Assembly: GCA_965205505.1 (NCBI GenBank) | Contig: CBDBHB010000009.1 | Span: 2,112,001-2,176,000 of the forward strand | DNA from: Acidobacteriota bacterium | GTDB taxonomy: Bacteria; Acidobacteriota; UBA890; WLXD01 | Reading direction: 5' to 3' | DNA length: 64,000 bases | Shown here: positions 55,655-64,000 of the stretch, in pieces | How positions within the stretch are numbered: position 1 is the first letter of the stretch | How the letters are laid out: each line of letters opens with the position of its first letter | The notes under the pieces: model-generated | Told to the model about the DNA's origin: nothing | Databases searched by the model: none | The model's input: the letters and a program-made list of their open reading frames with translations, nothing else | Position numbers and translations under genes: made by a program

Positions 55655-57996
55655 TCCTGTCGCAGCTCGAGGGGCCGCGCTGGGTCGCGGGAGGCCTGCT
55701 CCCCGAGGCGCCCGGCAGGGAGCGATATCGAGTCGCAGGCGGTGGTGCCACCGTCGTCGCGCTGGCGGCCGGTGACCGCATCGACATCACCGACGTCGAG
55801 GGCGGGCAGCGCTGCGAGCTGGCGGTCTTCTCTCCAACCGGCGGCGAGGACAGCGCCGCTCTCAATGTCGCAGCCGACAGCCAGCTGGGCGTACTGGGAA
55901 TTGCGCAAGCTGAGCGGCAAGCCGATACGGACGCCGCGGTCGCCGCTTTGCTGGCGCGTGGTATCGATCCACGTGGCGCGCCGGCACTGCAGCTGTTCCG
56001 CGGCGATGGGCCTCCGGGAGCGGCGGAGTCGTTCACGGCGGAGCGCGACGTCATCTGCATTGTTGGAGCCCCGGGTGGTCCGATGCGCGTCGATGCGCAG
56101 GATCCGCCGACCGACCTGCGGGTGATGGTTCAGCGAGCCCGGGTGACCGAGACCCCAGAGGTACCGCTGCCAACACCACTTGGCGATATGCGTCTCGACA
56201 TGCGCGTCGAGCGCGCCGCTGCATGCGCCTACGAGGTGAAGGCCGGCGAGTACATCCAGGTTATCGACGTGGCCGGACGGCAATGCTCGGATTTTCTCGC
56301 GTTTCGTTCCGGCGCCTTGCAAAACGGGGTGGAGAAAGGTCTCGACGCCACGGCTACTCGAACGCTCATGGGCTCAGCTTATCCGGCACCCGGCCTATAC
56401 TCGAAATTCTATGATCACGACCTGCAGCCGCTTGTCGAGGTCGTGCGCGATACGGTCGGACGCCACGACACCTTCGGGCTGGCATGCACGGCGAAGTACT
56501 ACGAGGACATGGGCTACTTTGGCCACGCCAATTGCTCTGACAACTTCAGCGCCGCCTTGGATCCCTACAGCATCGCATCGCGGCGAGGTTGGCCGGCGAT
56601 CAACTTCTTCTACAATACGCGCATCGACGACAACAACGTCCTGTACCTCGACGAGCCGTGGTCGCGGCCGGGCGACTACGTGTTGCTACGGGCGCTGGAC
56701 GATCTCGTCTGCTTGACCTCGGCTTGTCCCGACGACATCGATGCTGCCAATGCATGGAATCCAACTGAGGTGCATGTCCGTGTGTATCCGGCCAAGAGCT
56801 CTTTTTCGATGGGGATCGCACACCGGATGATTCCTGACGCCGAGCCCAAGCTGACGCGCGAGACCGGGTTCCACCCGCGTACCTCGGCGTTGACTCGGAA
56901 GTTCACCGAATATGGCGGCTACTGGCTGCCGACGGAATTCACCGGCTACGGCGCCATCAAGGAATACTACGCCTGCCGCGAGGGCGCGGTGGTGCTGGAT
57001 CTGTCGGCCCTTCGCAAGTTCGAGGTTCTCGGCCCCGGTGCCGAAGCACTGATGCAGGCCACGCTCACCCGCAATGTGCGCCGCGTAGCCGTCGGTCAGG
57101 TGTCATATACGTCGATGTGCAATGAGACCGGCGGGCTGCTGGACGACGGCACGTTGTTCCGCCTCGGCGCCGACAACTTTCGTTGGATCGGCGGCAACGC
57201 GACGGACGGCATCTGGCTGCGTGAACAGGCCGAGAAACAGCGGCTCAAAGTGTGGGTCAAGTCGTCGTCGGAACAGCTTCACAACATCGCCGTACAGGGC
57301 CCGAGTAGCCGAGATATCCTTCGAGAGGTTGTCTGGACCGCGCCCACCCAGCCGAGCATCGACGAGCTCAAGTGGTTCCGCTTTACCGTCGGCCGCGTAG
57401 CGGCGGCAGACGGCACGCCGCTGCTGGTATCCCGAACCGGTTACACGGGCGAGCTCGGCTATGAGGTCTGGTGCCACCCCGACGATGCCGTTGCCGTTTG
57501 GGATGCGATCTGGGAGGCGGGCGAGCCGCACGATCTGGCGCCGCTAGGCCTGGATGCTCTCGACATCTTGCGCATCGAGTCGGGGCTGATCTTCCCAGGG
57601 TACGAGTACGACGACCAGGTGGATCCGTTCGAAGCAGGCATCGGGTTCACCGTCGACCTCGAGAGCACGGACGACGATTTCGTTGGCCGGGCAGCCCTCG
57701 TCGAGCGCAAAGCGCACCCGCAGCGACTGTTGGTCGGCCTGGAGCTCGAAGGCAGCGAGACCGGTGGTCACGGCGACGGCGTGTACGCCGGTCGCAGTCA
57801 GGTGGGAGTGATCACCAGCGGCACGCGCTCTCCCATCCTGCGAAAGAACATCGCCCTGTGCCGGTTGGCCAAGGAGCACGCCGACCCTGGCACGGAGCTG
57901 GAAGTCGGTAAGCTCGACGGGCATCAGAAGCGCATTGCGGCGACCGTGGTGCAGTTCCCGTTCTATGACCCCGGCAAGAAACGTCCTCGTAGCTAA
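55651..57996 (+). CDS. tdm: TMAO demethylase-like protein (DUF1989 plus GcvT aminomethyltransferase domains)
   Basis: GTG start overlaps the ACAD TGA. QCSDF and DTVGRHDTFGLAC motifs; C-x15-C-x63-C (ACT..., NCSDNF, SACPDDID) zinc triad; SRTGYTGELGYE and LRIESG. Confidence 0.82.
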   Translation: MILSQLEGPRWVAGGLLPEAPGRERYRVAGGGATVVALAAGDRIDITDVEGGQRCELAVFSPTGGEDSAALNVAADSQLGVLGIAQAERQADTDAAVAALLARGIDPRGAPALQLFRGDGPPGAAESFTAERDVICIVGAPGGPMRVDAQDPPTDLRVMVQRARVTETPEVPLPTPLGDMRLDMRVERAAACAYEVKAGEYIQVIDVAGRQCSDFLAFRSGALQNGVEKGLDATATRTLMGSAYPAPGLYSKFYDHDLQPLVEVVRDTVGRHDTFGLACTAKYYEDMGYFGHANCSDNFSAALDPYSIASRRGWPAINFFYNTRIDDNNVLYLDEPWSRPGDYVLLRALDDLVCLTSACPDDIDAANAWNPTEVHVRVYPAKSSFSMGIAHRMIPDAEPKLTRETGFHPRTSALTRKFTEYGGYWLPTEFTGYGAIKEYYACREGAVVLDLSALRKFEVLGPGAEALMQATLTRNVRRVAVGQVSYTSMCNETGGLLDDGTLFRLGADNFRWIGGNATDGIWLREQAEKQRLKVWVKSSSEQLHNIAVQGPSSRDILREVVWTAPTQPSIDELKWFRFTVGRVAAADGTPLLVSRTGYTGELGYEVWCHPDDAVAVWDAIWEAGEPHDLAPLGLDALDILRIESGLIFPGYEYDDQVDPFEAGIGFTVDLESTDDDFVGRAALVERKAHPQRLLVGLELEGSETGGHGDGVYAGRSQVGVITSGTRSPILRKNIALCRLAKEHADPGTELEVGKLDGHQKRIAATVVQFPFYDPGKKRPRS

Positions 57997-58005
57997 GGGT
58001 TTTCG

Positions 58006-59346
58006 ATGAGTTCTTTACCGGAAGCAAGCAAGTACGTCGTCATCGGTGCGGGTATTCACGGCCTGAGCACCGCCTATCATCTGGCGCTTGAGCTGAAAGC
58101 ACGGGGGCAGGGAAGTGGGGCCGACATTATCGTCCTCGACAAGGAAGGCGTCGGCGTCGGAGCGTCGGGGATTGCCTGCGGCGTAATCCGCAATAACTAT
58201 TTTCAGCCGGCAATGCGCGAGCTAATGGCGCACAGCGTCGAGGTATGGGACAGCGACCCGGAAGCGTATAGCTATCATCCGGTTGGCTACATGCAGATCA
58301 GCCCGGCCGTGATGGAGGCCGATGTCGCGCAGATCTACGAGCAGCAGAAGGCGATCGGCTACGAATCCGAGCTCATTGTCGGAGCGGCCGAGTCCGAGAA
58401 ATACATGAAGGGACTGTTCCACGACTGGAGAGCTCGCGGAATCACCTCCGTCTTGCACGAGAAGAAGGGTGGTTACGCCAACAACATGGCGTCGATGCTC
58501 GGGCTTGCCGGCAAGGCGGAAGGCGTCGGGGTGACGATCCACTCCGGGGTGAAGGTTGCCGGCTTCCAGCACACCGATGCCGGAATCACCGCCGTGGAGA
58601 CCGACCAGGGGACGATCCGCACCGATTACGTCGTCGTGGGTGTGGGCCCGTGGGTGAAGCACATCTGGGACATGCTCGAGCTGCCCAAGACCATCACCGT
58701 CAACGACAACGGCACGGTGCACGAGAACATCCCAATGTGGCGTTACTGGTGCCTGCAAGAGGGCACGCTCGGCGTCGAGCCTGATCTGCAGCGGACAAAC
58801 GACGGCGAGTTGCCCCCGGTGGTGCACATCGACACCGACGCGCCGCTCTACTCCGACCTCGATGGCTCGCTGATTACCGACCAGATATGGGGCATCTACT
58901 ACAAACCGGACTTCAACTTCGGCGGCGTCCAAGGTGGCGCCATGCCCTACAAGGTCGACAAGGATGCCGATGATGTGGCAGTCGATCCATACGGACCCAA
59001 GTCGCCCGACTTCATCGTCGGCGAGGATTTCGCCAACATGTGGTGCTCGGCGCTGGCGTTTTGTCAGGAGCGCTTCGTTGGCAAGTCCGGTCTGTTCCGT
59101 GGCGAGGAGCCGTCAGGCGGCATCGGCTCGTTCACGGCAGACAGCTTCCCGGTATTCGACGTCTTCCGCGGCAACTGCTACTTCGTCGCCGACTCCAACC
59201 ACGGCTACAAGATGCTCGGTGTCGGCAAGCTCGTGGCGGAGGAGATCGTCGGCAATCGGAGCGCGTTGCTCGAACCGTTTCGCTTCTCCCGCTATGCCGC
59301 GGGGAAGTTGCACCCGGTGTCCAACAGCCCGTACCCCTGGAGCTAA
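58006..59346 (+). CDS. DAO/sarcosine oxidase-family FAD-dependent oxidoreductase, substrate unknown
   Basis: IGAGIHGLSTAYHL, GASGIACG and DSNHGYK motifs. Confidence 0.88.
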   Translation: MSSLPEASKYVVIGAGIHGLSTAYHLALELKARGQGSGADIIVLDKEGVGVGASGIACGVIRNNYFQPAMRELMAHSVEVWDSDPEAYSYHPVGYMQISPAVMEADVAQIYEQQKAIGYESELIVGAAESEKYMKGLFHDWRARGITSVLHEKKGGYANNMASMLGLAGKAEGVGVTIHSGVKVAGFQHTDAGITAVETDQGTIRTDYVVVGVGPWVKHIWDMLELPKTITVNDNGTVHENIPMWRYWCLQEGTLGVEPDLQRTNDGELPPVVHIDTDAPLYSDLDGSLITDQIWGIYYKPDFNFGGVQGGAMPYKVDKDADDVAVDPYGPKSPDFIVGEDFANMWCSALAFCQERFVGKSGLFRGEEPSGGIGSFTADSFPVFDVFRGNCYFVADSNHGYKMLGVGKLVAEEIVGNRSALLEPFRFSRYAAGKLHPVSNSPYPWS

Positions 59347-59451
59347 TGCTACGCCCCACAAATAGTGGTACGCAGCACTGGTCACTAGGCTGATCGGGGC
59401 CTGACGACACGCCGAACACCACGACCGTCTGACGCAGGACACCGAGGAGCC

Positions 59452-59762
59452 ATGGAAAACGAGTTCACCGCCCTTACCGTCATCTTCACGGAGTTCTACT
59501 ACTGGGTTTGTATCGTCCTGATGTTCCTCATCCACGTCGGCTTCTGCCTGTACGAGGTCGGAGTATCGCGAAAGAAGAACATGATGCACACCCTGATGAA
59601 GAATGCGATGGTGATCCCGTTGATCACCGTGACGTTCTTCTTCTTCGGATGGTGGATCTACTTCGCGCTGCAGAACGGACCGGGCATTACCGGCGGCTTG
59701 ATCTCCGCTCCGTTCGCGGTCCCATGGAGCGAGCTCATGGGCACCCACATGGGCGGCCAACC
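59452..59762 (+). pseudogene. amt: Ammonium/methylammonium transporter (Amt), truncated by an IS
   Basis: MFLIHVGFCLYEVGVSRKKN...MKN and FFGWWIY motifs; only about 104 codons before the IS end. Confidence 0.85.
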
Positions 59763-59796
59763 TGACCTGACCCCACGGTTAGTACCACGTCTTATC

Positions 59797-60690
59797 TCAG
59801 TAACTCGGTGCTGACAAGGGGTTGTTGAGGCCGGCGAAGCGGAGCGTAGCCGGCTTCAACAACAGCGCCTCCGGGGCCGGTGGTCGGTAGCCCAACGAGC
59901 TGTGCGGTCGCATGCGGTTGTACTGCTGCCTCCATCTCTCGATCAGAACCTTTGCCTCCTTGAGCGTGTAGAAGATCTCGCCGTTGAGCAGCTCGTCTCG
60001 GAGCTTGCCGTTGAAGCTCTCCACGTAGCCGTTCTCCCACGGCGAGCCCGGCTCGATGAACAGCGTGCCCACACCGAGCCTACCGAGCCAGTCGCGAACC
60101 GCCTCGGCGGTGAACTCCGGTCCGTTATCGGACCGGATGTGCTCAGGTATGCCCCGGTGCACGAACAACCACCCGAGCCGCTCGAGCACGTCCTCACAGT
60201 TGAGCTTCCGTGCCACGTCGATCGCCAGGCTTTCTCGTGTGTACTCATCGACGATCGTCAGCAGCCTCATAGCCCGACCCTCGTGCGTCCGGTGATGAAC
60301 GAAGTCATACGCCCAGACGTGATCTTTGCGCTGTGGTCGCAGCCGGATGCACGAGCCATCGCTGAGCCACAGCCGGGCTCGTTTGGGCTGCTTTGTCGGT
60401 ACTTTCAGCCCCTCACGCCTCCAGATACGCTGCACTCGTTTGTGGTTCACCCACCAGCCCTCCATACGCAACAACGCCGTCACTCGCCGATACCCGTAGC
60501 GCCCGTATTGTCGGGCTAGATCCACGATCCGCTCCGTCAACATCTGCTCATCGCCCGGTTCTCTTGGCATGTACCTGTGTGTCGTGCGTGGTTGTTTCAG
60601 TACCCGGCACGCCCGCCTCTCGGAGACGCCCAGCCGCCCCTGTACATGCGCCACCGCCTCGCGCCGTCGAGCTGGGCTCAGAAGTTTCCC
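59797..60690 (-). CDS. IS3 OrfB DDE transposase, reached by -1 frameshift
   Basis: [35 protein letters not shown] and RPHSSL motifs; slippery G_GGA_AAC at 60684-60690. Confidence 0.92.
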   Translation of the reverse strand, partial: GKLLSPARRREAVAHVQGRLGVSERRACRVLKQPRTTHRYMPREPGDEQMLTERIVDLARQYGRYGYRRVTALLRMEGWWVNHKRVQRIWRREGLKVPTKQPKRARLWLSDGSCIRLRPQRKDHVWAYDFVHHRTHEGRAMRLLTIVDEYTRESLAIDVARKLNCEDVLERLGWLFVHRGIPEHIRSDNGPEFTAEAVRDWLGRLGVGTLFIEPGSPWENGYVESFNGKLRDELLNGEIFYTLKEAKVLIERWRQQYNRMRPHSSLGYRPPAPEALLLKPATLRFAGLNNPLSAPSY

Positions 60691-60956
60691 TCCGCGACTT
60701 CCTTCAGGATCGACAGGTCGAGCTCTTTCTCCGCCACCAGTTTCTTGAGCCGGGCGTTTTCTTTCTCCAGCTGCTTGAGCCTTCTGGCCTGGTTGACCTT
60801 CAGCCCCCCGTACTCCCGCCGCCACCGATAGTAGGTGTGCTCGGTGATCGCTAGCTTGCGGCAGGCATCCTTGACCGTCCCGCCTTGCGCCAGCTCCACT
60901 TCAGCCTCCCGGAGCTTGCGTACGATCTGCTCGGCGCTGTGCCTCTTCGTCGGCAT
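60678..60956 (-). CDS. IS3 OrfA (HTH)
   Basis: [22 protein letters not shown] and LEKENARLK motifs. Confidence 0.92.
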   Translation of the reverse strand: MPTKRHSAEQIVRKLREAEVELAQGGTVKDACRKLAITEHTYYRWRREYGGLKVNQARRLKQLEKENARLKKLVAEKELDLSILKEVAEGNF

Positions 60957-61062
60957 TCTGACCTCCCCTTTTCGACCCAGATCGTGAGATTACCTCTGGA
61001 TCCGTTTTGGGGGGTCAGGTCAGGCCTAGTTTGGTGCCGGCGTGAACCAACATCCACGGTCC

Positions 61063-61106
61063 CTGACACAATCTTGACGAATGCCAGACCCTAATCTGAC
61101 ACGAGA
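61063..61106 (+). promoter_or_regulatory. Four 11-bp-period direct repeats with a TGAC core; OmpR/PhoB-type operator candidate
   Basis: ctgacacaatc / ttgacgaatgc / cagaccctaat / ctgacacgaga. Confidence 0.45.
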
Positions 61107-61195
61107 GGCGTAGTCTCTCAGTTTGAGGAGTGGACTCAAAGATCGGCGTGGCTGGCACTAGAAGCGTTATGCCACGTGTCTCCGGAGTTGCCGGC

Positions 61196-61991
61196 ATGGC
61201 GTTTCGTCAATGGTTTCGCCCGCCCCGTTACGTACTGACGATTTTCTTGGGCGTCGCCGTCGTGTCCGCAGGGGCTCTGGGATAGCTGACCTGGCTCCTG
61301 GTGCAACAGGACAGGGCCCTGGAGGTGCAGCGCCGCCAGGAGCGTCTGGAACAGGCGGCGGACCGCGCGGCGGTCGTCATGCAGGGTGCGCTGGCAGATC
61401 TCGAGCTGCAGCTCACTTCGTATTCGGCCCGCCTGCCGGAGTCCATACCCGGCGTCGTAATCGTCACCACCGGTCCAGCCGGCATCGTGGTCCACCCGGA
61501 CGGAGGTCTGCTGTACTACCCAGAACCAGGGCCAGAACCAGGGCAGGTGCCCAAGTCACCCAGAGCACCATTCGTCGAGGCGGAACAGGCCGAGTTTGCG
61601 CGCCGGGATCTCGGGTTGGCGGGGACCCTTTACTCGGCGCTCGCTTCCAGTGGCGACATCTCGGTTCGCGCCGGGGCGCTCGCTGGCCTGGCGCGGGTTC
61701 GCCGCAAGGCGCAGCATCCCGAGGCGGCGCTCGCCGCCTATGACGAGCTGGGTGAACTGTCCGGAGCCCGTGCTGCCGGGCTCCCGGCGGGGTTGGTGGC
61801 GCGCGCTGGTCGGGCCAGAGTGCTCGAGGAAACCGGCCGTACGTCGGAGCTCCGCAACGAGGCCGCGACGCTGGCTGGAGAGCTCGAGACCGGTCGCTGG
61901 CAGCTAACGGAGTCGCAAGCTCGAGCCAGAACCCGCGAGCCCGCGCCACTTCGTGAACATCCGCGGCCTCGGATACCGATTCGATGCATGA
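61196..61991 (+). pseudogene. Collapsed two-component pair: probable sensor-kinase N-terminus with an internal TAG, joined to the last 25 residues of an OmpR-family regulator
   Basis: MAFRQWFRPPRYVLTIFLGVAVVSAGALG*LTWLLVQQDR with TAG at 61283. In another frame, 61914-61991 reads RKLEPEPASPRHFVNIRGLGYRFDA*. Confidence 0.7.
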
Positions 61992-62071
61992 ATCGTACAG
62001 AACCCTGACAGTCACGAGGCATCGAGCTGGACACGCCACTTCTAGGATCGGGGACTAGGAGGTGAGTTGAT

Positions 62072-64000
62072 ATGAGAAGCCATGTGATTCCGTTACTTGG
62101 GGTGGTGCTTCTAACTGCAGGGTACACCTCGCTTCTGGTTGCCCAGACACCCGACGCGGCCGAGATCATGTTCGAGGCTGCCAAGGCGATGGAGCTGATC
62201 GACGGCGACCTCGAGGCTGCCATCGAGCAGTACCAAGCGATCGTGACCAGACACCCGGACCGGCGAGCCATCGTTGCTAAGGCGCTGCTGGGAATGGCCA
62301 GTGGCTACGAGAAGCTAGGCCAGGTCCGGGCGCGCGAAGTCTATGAGCGACTGGTGCGCGAATACGCTGATCAAGCCACGGTGCTGGCTTTGGCACAGGA
62401 AGGTCTGTCGCGGCTGACTGTCGAGTCGACGCCGCCGTCTCCCGCGCTCCACGCAGAGTTGCTGTGGGCAGAAGCCATCGGGGTCAGCCCCCAGGGCGGC
62501 GTCTCGCCGGACGGCAGCTTGGTGACTTACGTCGATTGGTTGGACGATGGCAATCTGGCGATCCGTAACCTCGCGACCGGCGAGAGCCGACGACTCACCC
62601 ACACGGCGGACAACGGCGACAACTACGCGTTCAACTCACGTATTTCCCCGGATGGCGAGCAGGTCCTCTACGATTGGGCCCGTCCAAGCCCTGTCGGCGA
62701 GACCGGTGAGCTGCGTCTCTTGCCGGTGCACGGAGATCAGACGGAACCGCGCACCATCTGGAGTCCCGACGATGGGAGCTTTACCTCCGTTCAGGACTGG
62801 TTCCCCAGCGGCGATCGAGTGGCGGCGGTTGTCAGCTCTTCCGGCACCCGTTCCATCGTCACCGTGTCGACGGTCGATGGCCGGGTGCGACAGATCCGCA
62901 CCATCGAGTGGGGCGGAGAAGAGCCTCTGGTTCGCGTGTCACCCGACGGCTGCTATCTCGCCTACAGCCGGTCGGCGTCGCGCCAGGCTCCCGAGCCGGA
63001 CATCTTCCTGCTGGCTGTCGACGGTTCATCCGAGATCGTGGTTGTCCAGCACGCCGCGAGCGACGAGCTGGTGGCCTGGAGCCCGGGTGGTACGCATCTG
63101 CTGTTCAATAGCGACCGGAGCGGTCAGCCCGGTCTCTGGGCGCAGCGGGTTCAAGACGCGGAGCCTGCGGGCGAGCCGCGGCTGCTCGTCTCGAACGTCG
63201 ACGTGGGCTCGGGCATGGGTGTTACCCGTGACGGAACACTCCATTATCCGGTCAGGGTCTCGCGTCGCCGCCTGAAGATCGCGGAGCTCGACACCAAGAC
63301 TGGCAGGCTGCTGCGCCAACCGGTCAACGCGACGGATCAATTCGTCGGCGGCAATAGGGAGGGCGTGTTTTCTCCCGACGGCGAGACGCTCGCGTATGTC
63401 TCGGACCGTCGGGGATGGATGGAGCGAGCCATGGTTGTCCAATCGCTGAAGACTGGAGAGGAGCGGGACATCCCTCACGGGTTGCATCTCGGGGTCGGCC
63501 CCGTCCGTCTGAGCTGGCGATCGGACAGCGATCACCTCATTGCCCGCGCCCAGGACGATTTGGGTCGTTACGTCCTATTCGATGTCAACGTGGCAACCGG
63601 CGAGACGCGGTCGCTGCCTGAGATTCCAGGCGCAGTGCTTAAGGTCTGGACGCCGGACGGGATGCAGATTCTGCATCGCAACTACCTCGAGAACCCCGAA
63701 TCGATTTACTCCTATAGCGTGACCGACGGCTCGGTCCAGGCCCTCCCCGGCGTCTTCGGTGGGGCTTTCTTCAGCCTGTCCCCGGACGGTCAATGGATCG
63801 CAAACGTAGGCGGCCACAGGAGCGAGACGGACGACAACTATGGGAGGACCGAGATACGACTGCATCCCGTAGAGGGCGGAGACGGCGACGTGTTGTTGGC
63901 CACGAATGAGAGCGAGCCATTCGGAGGTTGGACCACCTGGACGCCGGACGGCACAGCTCTCTTGGTGCTCAAACAGGACGCGCAGGCCGGTGAGGGCATG
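62072..64000 (+). CDS. Secreted TPR plus TolB/PD40 beta-propeller protein; runs off the window end
   Basis: AGGAGG SD; signal peptide MRSHVIPLLGVVLL; GDLEAAIEQYQAIV TPR; repeated [VIFWL]SPDG motifs; no stop seen. Confidence 0.85.
   Translation, partial: MRSHVIPLLGVVLLTAGYTSLLVAQTPDAAEIMFEAAKAMELIDGDLEAAIEQYQAIVTRHPDRRAIVAKALLGMASGYEKLGQVRAREVYERLVREYADQATVLALAQEGLSRLTVESTPPSPALHAELLWAEAIGVSPQGGVSPDGSLVTYVDWLDDGNLAIRNLATGESRRLTHTADNGDNYAFNSRISPDGEQVLYDWARPSPVGETGELRLLPVHGDQTEPRTIWSPDDGSFTSVQDWFPSGDRVAAVVSSSGTRSIVTVSTVDGRVRQIRTIEWGGEEPLVRVSPDGCYLAYSRSASRQAPEPDIFLLAVDGSSEIVVVQHAASDELVAWSPGGTHLLFNSDRSGQPGLWAQRVQDAEPAGEPRLLVSNVDVGSGMGVTRDGTLHYPVRVSRRRLKIAELDTKTGRLLRQPVNATDQFVGGNREGVFSPDGETLAYVSDRRGWMERAMVVQSLKTGEERDIPHGLHLGVGPVRLSWRSDSDHLIARAQDDLGRYVLFDVNVATGETRSLPEIPGAVLKVWTPDGMQILHRNYLENPESIYSYSVTDGSVQALPGVFGGAFFSLSPDGQWIANVGGHRSETDDNYGRTEIRLHPVEGGDGDVLLATNESEPFGGWTTWTPDGTALLVLKQDAQAGEGM

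Larger units (their letters stand above)
59763..61022 (-). mobile_element. IS3-family (IS407-like) insertion sequence, 1260 bp
   Basis: TG...CA ends; inverted repeats TGACCTGACCCCACGG and TGACCTGACCCCCCAA; orfA and orfB present. Confidence 0.92.

Noticed and set aside
60684-60690. Programmed -1 frameshift site GGGAAAC
   Set aside because: Standard IS3-family OrfAB expression.
61283-61285. In-frame TAG near methylamine genes as possible pyrrolysine recoding
   Set aside because: It fits a TGG-to-TAG mutation in a gene that is also deleted downstream, and there are no pyl or methyltransferase genes in the window.

Overview
GC-rich bacterial chromosome segment, possibly Acidobacteriota-like (inferred only from the short PheT, the pilT-recX-alaS order and the PQQ/PD40 propeller proteins). 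Bases 1-36.1 kb are mostly housekeeping genes: tsaB, mutS, anmK, ilvE, pilT-like, recX, alaS, SLT, amidase, pgsA, pepA, dcd, nadK-tlyA-ispA-xseBA-ymdB-rny, a probable 6S RNA, zapA, pheTS-rplT-rpmI-infC-thrS and tRNA-Val(GAC). Bases 36.2-43.5 kb carry an orphan ParA, a membrane-interrupted PQQ-type propeller, a GST and an S9 peptidase. Bases 43.7-59.8 kb form a single methylated-amine catabolic operon: soxBDAG/mgd-like, gmaS-like, mgsABC/glxBCD, a Tdm-like TMAO demethylase and amt. It has no tmm or dmm genes, but it does contain a non-canonical acyl-CoA-dehydrogenase-fold flavoprotein coupled to tdm, an unknown 138-aa protein and an orphan DAO-family flavoprotein. This module is the best candidate for an undescribed system. 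The operon ends in an amt truncated by an IS3-family element, followed by a collapsed two-component pseudogene and a TPR/PD40 protein. A family of CTAG-bounded, MITE-like repeats is scattered through the window. They use two interchangeable terminal repeats, share a hairpin core and mostly sit on TAG stop codons. All calls come from reading the sequence; no database searches were run.
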